The notes under the pieces are model-generated. The model searched no databases and was not told the origin of the DNA. It saw nothing but the letters and a program-made list of their open reading frames with translations. DNA of 63,714 nt, counting the filler, from Hyphochytrium catenoides (lineage: Eukaryota; Protista; Hyphochytriomycota): assembly GCA_900088475.1 (NCBI GenBank). It is 12 parts of 12 records of this genome, joined end to end, with 100 filler letters (N's around TTAATTAATTAA, not from the genome) between each part and the next. Parts side by side here need not be neighbours in the genome. Positions count along the whole stretch, not along the records: positions 25,888 to 43,645 come from FLMG01004050.1; positions 43,746 to 49,473 come from FLMG01000203.1; positions 49,574 to 56,438 come from FLMG01001986.1; 9 more parts are not named here. One strand, 5' to 3'. A program made the position numbers and the translations under genes. Shown here piece after piece: positions 36,540 through 50,223 of this stretch; positions within the stretch are counted from its first letter, which is position 1; every line of letters starts with the position of its first letter.

Positions 36540-39487
36540 TTCTCTTCTAAGCCCTCTCGAATGTTAACTTTAGTCTCTGTAATCTCTTTATAGAACTACA
36601 AGGGCACTGTTGTCGCGATCACGCACGACCGTTATTTCTTGGACAATGTCGCCAGTTGGATCTTAGAGATAGACAGAGGAATGATGTACCCTTTCCAAGG
36701 TTAGTACACGCATACATAGGAAGAGAAAGCGAGGGACATGTACTCCAAATAGAGAGAGAGAGAGAAAGCGAGAGATTTTCTGTTCGCGCTTTCGCTGGCT
36801 TTAGTCTCTCTTCTTGTGCATTGAGGTTTTCCCGCTTTCCTCATCCATTCTCGTAGGTTTATCCTTCTTCGTATGTCTTACGTTACGTTCTCGCCTACCT
36901 GTGTCTCTTTCTTGCATCTTCCTCCCAGGCAACTACAGCGCCTGGCTACAAATGAAGCAGCAGCGCTTGGCCCTGGAGGCCAAGCAAGATGTAGCCAGAC
37001 AAAAGGTAGAAATGAAGCTTCGCATTTGAAGCAGATCATCTAAGCCTACTACCGGTTTCCACTACTCTCGCTGTCTTTCTCGGCCTCTCTCTTCACTGAT
37101 GGGCGTACCTTACACATAGTCTTCTAAAGGACTGAACGCCATCACCGCTCTTTGCTCTGCCTACCAGCGTTCCTAAGGAGAGAGATTCGTCTTCCTTCTC
37201 CTCCAATGCTGCTCCATATCTGGCCGCAGATCGCCACTTTGCTTCTCTTCTTTAATTACTCTCCTGCCTCACAATCTGCTCTGGGGAGATGCTTCCATCA
37301 ACCAGTACCTTGAAAGGGTGCTCACGATTTGTGGCCTTTGTCTGTCTGCTTCCCTTTCTAGATGTTGGAGAAGGAGCTGGAATGGATAAGCGGGACAGGA
37401 AAGAAGTCTGCAAATAAAGCACGAATCCAGGCCTATGAAAAGCTGTCAGAAGAGGGAGATAAGGCCCAGAGGTTGGAGACTGGAGCCATTGTCATTCCGC
37501 CAGGGCCCAGACTAGGTGTGTGAGACTTTCTACCCTTTCCTTCTCCTCAGCCTGTTCATGCCACGATGCTTTGCGGCAGCTTTTCTCTCCTTTCTAGCGC
37601 TTGATATCAAGTCTCTGAAGCCGTTTCTCCTATCTCTGTCTTTCACTTTCTTCTTTGGCACTCTTTCTCTATATGCGTATCTTCTGAGGCGCAATCTCAT
37701 TCTCTCACTCTCTCATTCGTTGTTTCTCTCTCTCCCCATCACTTCTGTGGGATAGGGAATAACGTGATCCAGGTGTCAAATGTCTCTAAAGCGTTTGACG
37801 GTCGGGTTCTTATAGACAACCTTTCCTTCAACTTGGTAAGGAAGGCCCTGAGTCTCGCAGATATGTCTCTTTTTGCCCGCTGAGTCCCTTGATTCGGCTC
37901 TCCAACGTCGTTTGCAAAGCCACTCTCTTTCTCTTATCTCTGCCGCCTGACCTCACTTCGTACTCTAGGAGAAAGGCGCGATTGTCGGTGTGATTGGCGC
38001 TAATGGCAGTGGAAAGACCACCCTCTTCAATCTTTTGGCTGGACAGGACCAACCAGACAATGGAGAAGTGGTTATCGGGTAAGAAGAGGAATGGAAGAAG
38101 GCCAGAGGCCGGGGTTAGAAAGATCTTACGAGAGGTTGACAGCCCCTCACCACTTGGTGGCCTCCCTGTCCTTCCTCTAAAGTCTAGTTGGCTGCTCGGT
38201 AGTCATAGTTTGTGTCTGTTCTTTCCGCGCTTTACACTGAAGTGGCTGTACCTAGTGGCTGCCTGTCTCTATGGCTGATACTGCCACACATATTGTCCCC
38301 TGTCTCTTCTGTATAGTCCATCAGTGAGGCTCGGGTACGTTTCTCAGAACCGCGCCAGTCTGAATCCCAAGAACTCTGCTTATCAGGAGATTGCCCAGGG
38401 AGTTGACACCATCCTTGTAAGAATAGCCTAGCAAGTGTACAGGAGACACGACAAGGGAGAGGATGTTTTGGGGAGAGGGACAGATAGTACGAGGGAAGGA
38501 GAGAGGCAGTGAGAGCAAACATCAAGAGGAGCAAAAGGCTAATGCTTCTTGAAAAGACAGATTGACGTTGTTAGAGGGAAGCTTGAAACCAGCCTCTAAA
38601 TGTTTTCTCTTCTCCTTGGTAACTTGCCTCTCCCTCTTTGTATATCTGTATGCAGGTGGGAGACCGTGCTGTCAACGTCAGAGCTTATGTAGGTGCTTTC
38701 AACCTAAGAGGCCAAGCCCAGGAGAAGAAAGTTGGAAGCATGAGCGGCGGAGAGAGAAACAGAGTTCATCTTGCCAAAGAGTTGCTTAAAGGTTACAACG
38801 TCCTCCTCCTGGATGAGCCGACCAACGATCTAGGTAAGAGCGCAACGAGGAAGAAAATGTTTTAGAGAGCTTCGCTTTCGACCTCATAATAAGTACTTCT
38901 GCACTTGCACTCTCTCTTCTCTCCACGTCTCACTTAGATAGTGCTAACGTTAGTCTGCTTCAGACGATCTAACTCTCTCTCTCTCTTTCGACTTCCTTCT
39001 CTCTTGCTACCTCTCCCTTTCGCGGCTTTCTTTGTGCACTTTTCTTTGCCGGCATGCAGATGTTGACACGCTGCGATCATTGGAGGCTGCTTTGAATGAG
39101 TTCGTGGGTTGCGTGGTGATCATCTCCCATGACCGCTGGTTCCTAGACAGACTTTGCACGCACATCGTAGCCTTTGAAGGCAACTCTAGGGTAACACAGA
39201 GAGCGTCGTCGTCTCTTTCTCTCTCTTTCGTCTTTCTTTTCCAATTATGCTCTCTTCCTCTCTCCGGTGCTTCCTTCCTTTCCGTTCAAGTCATCTTTAT
39301 CGTCCATCCCGTTAGTGCTTAAAGATCGCCTGAGCTTTCTCTCTTATGACTCCATCCTTCCTTCTCTTTGTCCTACCCCCAGGTTGTCTTCTTCTCAGGA
39401 AACTATGCGGAGTACGAGGCGGACAGAAGGAAAAGGCTTGGAGATGTGCAGCCGCATCGTCTGCAGTACAAGCAAGTAAAGCTATAG
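33543..39487 (+). CDS. ettA: EttA/YjjK-type ABC-F translation factor with N-terminal mitochondrial-type presequence, ~15 exons
   Basis: [124 protein letters not shown]. Confidence 0.93.
36209..36352. repeat. Perfect 72-bp tandem duplication inside an EttA intron
   Basis: 36209-36280 is identical to 36281-36352. Confidence 0.92.
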
Positions 39488-40043
39488 GAAGAGGAATTAG
39501 AGGGAGAGAGAGAGATAGCACGGAGAGAGGCAGAGGTGGAATGCAGATAATATTTATCATCAATGACAGACTCTTCGCTGTCTTCTTCCTACCTTCCTAC
39601 TGCTTCTCTTCGCGCACCCTGTGGTTGCAGGTCATCGTTTGGGTTCAATCTGGCAGTGATTCTTGAGAATGTTCTTCTCTCTCTCTCTCTTTCTCTTTTC
39701 TTCTCTCTCCCCCTCTCTCTCACTCTCTCTCTCTTGCTTCCTCTGTCAGCGACCAAATGTCAGCTTCTGACGCGGTCTCACTTTTGTAGACCTTTTCTGT
39801 CCTCTATCTATTTCTTCAGTCCTGCCTTTCTGTCGGAGTTGTTAGGCTAAAACCTTCAGCTTCTCGTCCGCTGGACTTCTGACCTATAGTTGTCTGATTG
39901 TCTTGGCCCTGGCTCTCGGAGCGATGTTGTGCGATGATGAGGAAGGCAAAAGGGTTACACCGCATCAAACTCTTCTCCTCCAATAGAGTGAGTTTGTGAA
40001 TACTGGGGCTCTTTCTCTCTCTCTCTCTCTCTTGAAGGGCAGA

Positions 40044-42340
40044 TTAGGCTGCCTGTCGCCGCCAAAAGGAGATGGGATGCGCCTTGAAATACCTTCAAGC
40101 GGTGGAACAAGAGATGAACGTGTCAGGAAGAAACGTGAGAGAACGGAGATACGAGCATACACGCATGAACGACTGCTCTCTGTGCCTTCGTCCTTTCTCT
40201 CTTCTATCGCCTTTCCTCTGGAAAAACACTCCTTTTCCGTCTCTTTCACTCTTATTTCTCTCCCACATTCTCTCTCTTCTCTTCTGATCGCTCTTCCGTT
40301 ACAGGCAGGCGAATGCAAAGTATGCACTCTCCTGCCAATCAACCTAAATAAATCGTCCTCTCCGCTTCCCTTGACACCGCATGCGATGCCTCCCCCGTTG
40401 ATATCTCTCTCTCTCTTTAGGATCCCTTTCCATTTGCCGCACCTTCTGCCTTCCTCATCCAAAAGAGTAAGGGTCAGAAGATACTTGACATCGACGCGCT
40501 GGAGGATCCTCTCATACGACGGAGTGAGACGGTGGAAAGGCTTCAGATACATCCGGACGGGGATAATGTCACCTGAAGAGCAAGATATCAAGGGAAGAAA
40601 GCAAGGGAAGATTGCAGAGATGTAAGAACCAGCCATTAAGAGCGGTAAGGAAGGGAAAGAAAAGCAAATAGCAAGAGGGAGAAGATGACAGTTGGCTTAT
40701 CAAAGGTCTAGGAACAAGCTTGCACTATATATAGCAATAACGCAGAGTCCAAGAGGTCTCGAGCATGATGGGAAGGCGTGGAGACGGACAGGATTTTGAG
40801 ATGGCTGGCGTCTCATTGACCCTCCACTTCCTTCGTCTCCGTCCTTCTCCACAATCTTCTCTCTTCCTCACGGGTCCTTCTGCTCTCTCCATACTTATGA
40901 CGCCTGCTCCTCTCGCCTCCTTGTAACCCGCAAGCTAGCTCTCTTATGACGCCAACCTCGCAGAATTTGCCCTTTCTCTTTGCTGCCATAGTCCCCCGGC
41001 GCTGCCTCTTTATCTTGATGGATAGCAATATTACCTTTCGCAGGGCATCCATCCATAACGTCAAAGACGCAGATATCTGTGCTACCGGCTGGCGCAGGGC
41101 TTGAGTCTAACAGACATGACGAAATTGGAAATAAAAGGTTAAAGTTCCAACACCATTGTAGAGATCTCAGTCTCTTCATGAGCGGTTAAAGCCATTAGGT
41201 AAAGCTCGTGTTGACTCTAGCAGTAGGTTAGGCCCAACAAGAGCGAAGGCGGAGAAGAGGATGTGAAAGAGAGAAAGACTGAGACAGGCAGGCAGAGATT
41301 CAGACGGACATAGCGAAAGGAGATATAGATAGAGGAGGGAGATAGATAGATAGATGGATAGAGAGAGAGGAGAGAGAGAAGGATAGAGAGAGAGTCAGAG
41401 GGAGGACTGGATCAAAAGAAGAAAGGAACAGTCGAGAGAGCAAGAAGGAGAAAACGAAGTGATAGGTCGAACCTATAAACTCGGTCCTTGAGATCTTGAG
41501 CTCCATCTTTTGAAGTCTGAGTCGAACTAGACGGAATAGGACTTTGCCAAGTATAACGCCATCTACAGGGTATCTGGACAAGAGAAGTTCGTGAGCTTGA
41601 GCAGAGAAAGGGGATAAGGGGCCGTCGCAGAGCTTGTTTTCAGTATATATGTCCAAGATTAGAGTTGCTGTCGCAGTGTCTCAGAAAGCGAAGGAAAGTA
41701 GATAGGAGAGAGACGGTTTAGCGAAAGAGGGCGAAGACAGGGGAAAAAAGCAGCAGGAGCAGGCAAATGAATCGCAAAGAGGCAAGCACCTTTCGGCAAA
41801 AGGTATGGTCATACATCCAAACAGCGAGAGAGAGTAACATATGTAGAGAGTGAGAAAGAGGCAAACGTGAGGGCTTGTCTTGGACGGAATAGTTGCAGAA
41901 GTATACGGGCTAAGCACAGGCAAAAGAGAGAAGCATTCAGAGGAGAGAGAGGTATGAAGCGGCCCCACTTTGGGATGGTGCTGTTGCTCTGACTTACTGC
42001 TTGTTCGCTATCTCAAACTCAATGTGTAAGCAATCTTCTATCCCGACATGCATTTGAATACCGCCCGAATCAGAACCTTCAAGAGCTGGTTCAGCCTGTG
42101 TAAGAGGAGCGGTTAGATAGGAGAGAGAGACTGAAAGAAATAGACTCAGAAAGAGAAGCGAGAGAGAGAAGGAGACACAGAGCGGTGTGAGGTCCGCTAA
42201 GTTGGGGACTGATTGGCGTGTGGATACGAAACGGGCTTGGCAGACAACGGAACTAAAAGGGAAGCAATAGAAGTCAAGCTCATGAAGACGGCAGCTTAGG
42301 AAGTTCACGTATTAGAAGAGCGGCTCTTCTTCTTTCTTTC

Positions 42341-42423
<83 letters not shown>

Positions 42424-43343
42424 CTGTGTGTGTGTCTCTGTCCCTCTCTTTGCCTCTCTCTCTCTGTGTGTGTGTGTGTGCCTCCCTGTCTCTCTCTCTC
42501 TCTCTCTCTCTTTTTTCTGCAGTTTCCACACCTCTTGGGGCTTTTGTATAATAACTTCTTGATCTTTGATCGTTGTTCCACCGTAGCCACGAGCAACCGT
42601 CACCCGGAGATAGTAACTGAGGTACCAACATCAACAATATCTAAGCGTTAAGAGAGTGCGCTCGAGTAGGAAAAAAAGAAAGAGACAAAGCAAGACAAAC
42701 AAGGAAGGCAAGTGAAACAGGAGCTAGAGAGAGAGAGCTCATGAGAGAAATAGGAGAAAGACGGAGCATGTCTCACCGCACTGTACAAGCGTCTCCAAAG
42801 TATGACTCGTACTGCAAGCTTTGCTGTGAAGACTTATCGAGGGCAAACTCGAATGGAAATGACTGCAGAAGCAGAGAAATAGACAATCAAGTCTGGACAG
42901 CGCGAAAGGGAAAGACGTGGAGCAAGAGAGAGAGAAAGAGAGAGAAGACGAGAGACACAGAGGTCCGAAGAGAGGGACACACAGGAACAAGGAAAATAGA
43001 GACCCGGAGAGAGAGAGAAGGATACCTTTGTCCCCTCCATGACTCCCTGAGGCTCCAGTTCCAAGGCCACAGGTCCGAAGCAGGTCTGTGGTGAGAGTCG
43101 ATCCCCAATAATCTCTACAAAGAAAGAGAGAGAGCAGGCAAAAGAGCCCACGCTAAGCAAGGCAAAAGCATCTCGGCGGCCAGCGAGCAAGCAGAAGAAA
43201 GAGATAAATGATCTCTGCACCTAGATCCCCCATAAGCTCGACTTTTACGCCTTGATGGTCCATTTTCTTCCCTGCAGGGACGGTGATGACGATATCCCCA
43301 GCTATTGCTTCAGAAGTAAGATAGATAGGGACATGTTGTCCTT
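40044..43343 (-). CDS. VPS26: VPS26-family retromer subunit (divergent), 5' truncated
   Basis: GKKMDHQGVKVELMG, SFPFEF, YESYFG..VRYYLRVTV, IQMHVGIEDCLHIEFE, ILGKVLFRLVRLRLQKMEL, DVMDGCPAKGDIIPVRMYL, LTPSY, DEEGRRYFK..ISFWRR. Confidence 0.9.
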
Positions 43344-45149
43344 CTGAATAGAGGAGGAGCAAGTGCAAAGAGAGAGAGAAGAGAGAACCAGAAGAGGACG
43401 GAAGAGAGAGAGAGAGGGCGAGAGAGAGAGAGAAGCGAGAGGAGAAGAAAGAAAAGGGAGAGAGACACAGAAAAAGAGAGGGACAGAGAGACCAAGAGAG
43501 AGTTATTATTTGTGTTAGTAGACGTCAACTTAAGAGAAAAGATAGAACGTTTAGGTCAAGGCAGAGAGAGAGAGAGAGAGAGACAAGTCACAAAAAGACT
43601 TGGCCAGGAGGAAGATTTTGCTTATTGCAGGGGAAAACATGTTCTNNNNNNNNNNNNNNNNNNNNNNNNNNNNNNNNNNNNNNNNNNNNTTAATTAATTA
43701 ANNNNNNNNNNNNNNNNNNNNNNNNNNNNNNNNNNNNNNNNNNNNGAGCGTACAAAACTTTTCTCCGGTATATCCAGACAACCCCAATAATATTAATTCA
43801 AAGTGCTCACCATCAAATAATAAAATCTAACACTTCCTATGCAAGCAAAGGGCCCAACCACAAAAAGCGCCGGTGGCGGTTGAAGGAAGAGAGCACAAGA
43901 CGAAGCGGGTGATGTTGAAGTTTGAGAGGAATAAAAGGCCTTCTCCTCGAGAAGAAGTCATGATCACAAACTATAACTTGTTAATAAGGGACGTCAGTGA
44001 GTTGACTGTAATCATCAGTGAGCTAATATATGCATTCCCCGGTATATCCTATTAAGGCTTGCATGTTTCAGAGCGTCAACTACAGCTGCTAGACCTTCTG
44101 AAGCCGGAGCTGGCCATCTTCTTAGCTGTCTTTCTTTCTCTTTCCTGCTGTTGCTGCTTATCTTTATCATTCCTCAGAAGACGACACGGTTGTCCATTAA
44201 CACTAACCGAACCATAAAACGCCAGAAGAATTGTCGTCTCTCAGCTTCTTCTTGTTATGGTACAGTAGAGGTTCCACGCAGGAAGTTTCTGCGATATTTA
44301 TTTCAACAGGAGGCGCCGATGCAATAGCCGACAGAGCAGCAAGCAGCAGGACGGCGATGGTGCCCGCGGCGGCAAAGAGACAGCTTGATTGAATTGCCTT
44401 TCACCACGTTTGGTGCATTCATCCCATTGAATATGGTGTCACGTTGAGAGTCAATACGGTTTATATTACATTAGCATGCACGGTCATGAATTCCCTTTTC
44501 CACAAGAGATTCCAACACCCCAATTCCCCAAATTTGAAACAATAACTTACATTTGGAGGTTGTTTAACGTCACAAGTGGGCGAACGTTATGTAATTTGCG
44601 GCGGTAGGAGGGGCGTGGAGTAATGGTAGGTCAACATGCAAATAATTGATATTTATGGCATGAAACCTCCACAGGCGGCTACTTCTTATTTATCATCCCT
44701 TTTGCGCTCCCACTACAATAATTCTGAGGAAGAATTTATAGTGAGTAACAATTCTTACTGCAGAAAGGACACCGCGGGCTGTGATACACCGCCACTGAAA
44801 TGAGACACTTTTGTCACAGCCATCATCACTTCTCTACCATTGAGAGGAAGAGGCAGGGTTTGAAGCAGCAGTGGCCCCCGAACTACTATCATCATGGGGC
44901 GGGAGGCGGGGTTCGACGTGTACCATTAATGTTGTTCTTACCGTGAGAACCAATAAGAGGGAGGCCCAAGCAAGCAAGTTTACGACCAGGAAGTAAATTG
45001 TGGATTTTCAGGGTAAATATTTCAAACCACATCATCATCGCTCATCTTGCAGTAACAACTGAGGGGTACGAGCTACCTGCTCCCGACGAGATGATGTCCG
45101 TCAGAACGCCTCATTGTTGCTCGATTTGTGCCTTTTCTTATATTACAGC

Positions 45150-45660
45150 AAGTCCAAATTTACCATTTCTTCTTCCAATTTAGCGCTAGTGTGGGGGTTC
45201 TTGTCGTCGAAAGGCAGGCATCACCATATGTCACCAAAAGCACTCCTCTCGCTTTTTTAGCCGAGGACTTTTCTCCCCGGTCATCATCACTCATCACGGA
45301 GAGTTGCCCTCCGTCACATGGGCCGTCCGAAATACTTACATTTGGGCTTTCTAATCAAGTCCATGCCCTCATCGTCGGTCCATCAACCATTGATACATAT
45401 TGTCTTTTGCTCTGCAGAAACCTGCTGGTACACACAACAACAATCACTACTTCTCCCGCTTGCCATTGTTCCTAGCAGGCCGTCCACATTAGGACGTCCT
45501 TCTTCGTAGAGAGAAAACAACTAGAAACTGTAGCTGTTTTTTTTTTAAAAAGTCGTGGATGATGATCATTGTAGCACTTCGACCCCTCATCAGTTAGTAT
45601 CTTGCTGCACCTATAACGAGGAGTGACAACAGATTGTGAACTCAAGTGCCATCTCATTAC
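45150..45660 (-). mobile_element. Possible heavily decayed hAT-type transposase relic
   Basis: YVSMVDG / WTDDEG in adjacent frames (resembles hAT s.m.DGWTD with a frameshift), followed by KNPHTSAKLEEEM (resembles sHTae.l). Stops and frameshifts throughout. Confidence 0.3.
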
Positions 45661-48509
45661 GTCAAGAGAAGCAATATTTGAACTATACTTCTGTGACCTC
45701 CGAAAACCCTTTGATAATTTGTTGCGGCGTCCTTATTCCATCGTACCACAATGACTACTTGGCTTCCGGTTTTGGGGTGTAGCCTCCATCATTATCTCTT
45801 TCAACCCGAGGCCTCAACGTTATCGTAAAATCTAATAACCTGGAAGCGACGGCTAGCTTGCTTAGAGAATCACTGTCTTCTCCTTTCATTGGTGGTGCTG
45901 TTACTATCTGAGTCTGGTAAAGAGAGCTCTGCCTTGAGGACCTCTTCGCCGCTGTTGGTGGTTTGGGAGAAGGTGATTGCGATTGCTGCATGATGTTGCT
46001 TTACGTCGTGGTGGTAGTACTTCGAAGTCAACGACAGCTAGTAGTAATATAAGATGCCCGTTCCAATAGACCAGTGTCAGAAAAGGTGTATCACTTCTAT
46101 AATGTATCCATTCTCTTGACAAGTCATTAATCTCCGCGAGGTCGGCATATTTTGAGATGGAAAGGAGTATGCATTTTGTTTTTATAATTCTAACATGAAG
46201 ATGACGAAAGGAGCTAAGACAACACAAATAAGGTCAAATAGGATGGAAAAAGTAAGGTGCTGTAGCAGCTGTCCTGTCTTCGTATGCAGCAGCAGGCCGC
46301 TGAAGGAAGTCGTCATGACCGACGTGCTTTGAAGTAGTTTTTACACGAGCACAACAAGGGACAAAGGGTATAGGGATGTGACGGCATTAACAATGCAATG
46401 GAGGAATATGATAATGATAAAGGACGAGCGCATCTTACCGCGCAACATAGCAGCAGCAGGAGCAGAGCAGCAACAACAATGATAGGGAAGGAGGTAGGGT
46501 TTAAAGTACAAACCAAAGCATTCCATCCTTGGCAGCCGATCTGGTTCATTGACATTTTGGTAGTAATCCTAGACTTTTTGGAACGGAAGCTTCCAATTTG
46601 TTGTTATTATTGCCAATCCATCATCTGACTGACGATTGAATGTGGCCTTCTCTTGAAGTATCTACTATCCCCTATTGAGCAGGCTATAACAAAACGACGT
46701 ACGTACCCGACTGAAATCTGTGCTGGCTGACTAGAATGATGATGTATATGGAGATCATGATGATGAGCTACCCTTTTTTTCTATCCAGGCACGAGTTAAC
46801 TACCACCACGCGTCGTTTTTTATAGATAACTCCGCCTACTCAACAACTTGCTGGAACTTGTCGGCGGCAGTATAGTTTCTGGTGGGAGGAAGAACTTCTC
46901 TCTCTACTCACAAAGAGGGAACCCTCGGCAAAATCAATAATAGAACAGTTTGTTTTCTTCTTCTTCCACCACCAGGCAGCAGTTCCTCTTTGCTGCTATT
47001 AAAAAGATGAAGAACTACCTTAGTAGTATTAGCAGCCCAAGACGGCCTTACTTCTACCACTCGCAGCTGGCAATAGAAGAAAGATGGCAGCGGCCGTAAC
47101 CTCATCAACAAACATTATCGAGGACCGTAAGTCGTGCGTGCTGCTGTCAGTTGTTGACCGCGGTCATGTTGAATTGGCGTATGTATATACTATTATCTGA
47201 CCCCGAGTGGAAGAGGGACCATTACCTCAGCCCCACTCCTCAACGAAGCCGCAGAAGACAGAAACGCGACAAGGAACGATAGAAGGACAAGAGCGGAAGG
47301 AACAGGGAGAAGAGCCACACAAGTGATAGGTCGCCAACGTGGCAGACGACAACAACCGCCAGCAGCAACGAGTGGGACACACCACCGCATAACGGATTTC
47401 TTTCTTCAGAGACGAGTCCGACCACAGCAGGAGCAGCAACCAGAGCGTCCTCCTCCTAACCCACTAATTATAACACCTGAAGCACCAATCGGGGGAGATA
47501 ACAACGGTGAATCTCCAATTTCGTCGTTTTGTAACATTAGAGTATAGGTAAGGGGAGCCCTAGAAAGCATCATGCCCTATAATAGGCTCAAAACGACAAG
47601 AAGACGGAGAAGAGCGAGAAGAGCGATAAGTGGAGAGAAGAGAGATCAGACACGGAGGCCAGCAACGAGCCTGGCGCACCACCGAGAGCCTAGCCTACTA
47701 GGGCATCATGATGACCCAACCCCAGCACCACTGCCTCCTTCCTTTAAGCAGGGCCAGTGACCGACAAGGGGCAGGGCTCCCCAAGGGGGCGGTGTCAATG
47801 TAACCTCACTGGTGGCCTCACCACCCATCCAGCCATCAATAAAAAAAATTATTATCTCACACGACCGACGTAGCAGCATAGCATAATAAGCAGCATTCCT
47901 CCTTCCTTCTTTCTTCTAATAATCATCCTTCTTCTGTGTGCCCTTATTAAAGTCTCCTCCTGCTCCACTACCTCGACGTCCCTCTTTCCTCGACTCTATC
48001 TAATCCTTCTTCTTTCCCATGATCCAGGGTAGGTACGGGACAATTATCCCGCTTAAGCATAACGGTATGTTGGATAATAATGGTTGTTCCGGATGGGGAA
48101 AAAGAAGGAACTGCCCACACCTCCCTCATTGCAAACATTCCAAAGATTCACAACACCGCCATAACAGAAGAAGGTTCCGTGTGGCTTTTATTAGTGATAG
48201 TCACGGTGGATCCAACAACGTAGCAGTGATTCAGCCTGAGCAGCAAGTAACTAGCAGGCGTAGTAGTAGTAATAACGTAGAGAAGGGAAGAAGATGGTGA
48301 AGAAGGAGAGGAAGGGCAAAGGCGATGAGCATCACTTCAAGGAACAACGGAGAGAAGACTCAACCTTCCTTCCACCAGCTGTCGAAGGAGAAAGTGAGCA
48401 GGCAGATCGTCACGAGCATCGCAGCAGTTACGGAGATNNNNNNNNNNNNNNNNNNNNNNNNNNNNNNNNNNNNNNNNNNNNNNNNNNNNNNNNNNNNNNN
48501 NNNNNCAGG

Positions 48510-48720
48510 GGACGTCTCCTCAGCACCATCAGGCACAGTACACGTAGTACACAACCATCAAGTAGTAATGGTAGCCTTGCCTCCTTGCCCCAGCAAAGTC
48601 GTCAAAGAGGTCCAGCCTTCTCCACCCTTGGAACTTATATGTTCTCATCCACCTATGGCAATAGAATATATCTCACCCTTCGTCTTCTTAACGGCTTATA
48701 TATTCTTTCACTTCCTAGGT
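48510..48720 (-). mobile_element. Possible decayed LTR-retrotransposon integrase relic
   Basis: WRRLDLFDDFAGARRQGYHYYLMVV resembles the gypsy integrase W.rlhiDFAGP..g..YLvvVD. In-frame stops nearby. Confidence 0.3.
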
Positions 48721-50000
48721 TCTTGTCGTGGGGCCGAACCTTTTCCTTTTTTCTGCAACAAGAAGCGAAGCAGCAGCAATGTCATCATTAATTGTGATCG
48801 TTTATTTCCACCGGTGATTTTCATTATTGAGGATGAGATTCTTTGCGGAAGTTTTTTCTTCTTTCTTATCCGTATGTGACATTTTATTTCTAACAAGGTT
48901 CACAATGGCCCACCGCTCCTAAAGGTAACGGTTAGGTCACCCACAGACTGCTTTCCGTTCGCGTTGTGGTTGAAGATATTCATCATCAAACAATCATGCA
49001 AGTCATGGATCAGCTGCCCTAGCCAGTAACCGCTCCATGAAGGAAAGTGAAAGGACACTGTGGTGAATAATAACAAACAGCGCTATCTTCCGATGGATGA
49101 TAGACATAAAAGACATTGCTTTACCCGTCGCTCTCCCTTCGTTCCTCCTCTTGCCCTCCTTAATATAAGAGTACGGGCACTGAGTGAGGAGGACAGACTC
49201 CCCGCTTCTCACAATTCGATGCCTCCTCCTCCTTGTCCTCTTCTCCCGAAGGAATAGCTCTCGTTCTCTCCTCCTCTGCCTCGTTCTTCCCATCGTGCTC
49301 TACAGCACTCACTTGAGGTTGCGCTTCGAGCGACCACCTGAATGGAGATCCTGCCATTCCTTCCACATAAAGTCGTGCGTCGCCCTGGCACTTAGGAACT
49401 AGTCCCTTCAATAGCTTGGTTGTTGCACTCTTCTTATCACTCTTTCACGCTTCCTACCCGAGCTCCTTGTACTNNNNNNNNNNNNNNNNNNNNNNNNNNN
49501 NNNNNNNNNNNNNNNNNTTAATTAATTAANNNNNNNNNNNNNNNNNNNNNNNNNNNNNNNNNNNNNNNNNNNNGAGAGAGAGAGAAAGAGAGGAAAAAGA
49601 GGAGAGAGGAGAGAGGGAAGAGGTGGAGGGTTCGCATCATCAATTTCCTACTTATCCAGAAGTGCAACCCCGGGTACCCATGGGTTCTCTGCCAAAAGCC
49701 GTGCACGTAGCTGGCCCTATATTTGCTTCCATTAGGGTCATCCGGATAGTACGGCAACGTTACCCATTTGGGTGCCCAAATCTTTGTCTTGTCCCGCTCT
49801 TTGGTCAGAACCCATCCTAGGAAACATTCGAGTTGCAAGGATTCAACTACTCCCTTATAGAAGCTATGTCAAAGGCGTTAGTTTCATATACTTCAGATGT
49901 GGAAATGGATAGATTTCCTGACCCGCGTGACGGTTCGTTTCGTGCTTCCAGAGAGACAGACATCAAAGTGAAGAGACAACCTTTTTCTCATCAACTCATG

Positions 50001-50048
<48 letters not shown>

Positions 50049-50223
50049 ATCTTTATCTTTCCATTCCAATCTCAACCTCCCTCTTTCTTTTGTTCGGGCT
50101 GCTCTTCCTCCTGTCTTGAACCATTCACGACTGCACAAAGAGAGCAAGAGACCCATCAAAGAGGCTATACCGATGGCAGATGGAGGCGTCTTGAAAGAGA
50201 GACGGAGAGAGAAGCCTTTATAG

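Noticed and set aside
33543-39487. EttA or receiver domains as bacterial contamination
   Set aside because: Both genes are split by spliceosomal introns, and the EttA introns carry the host-type microsatellites.
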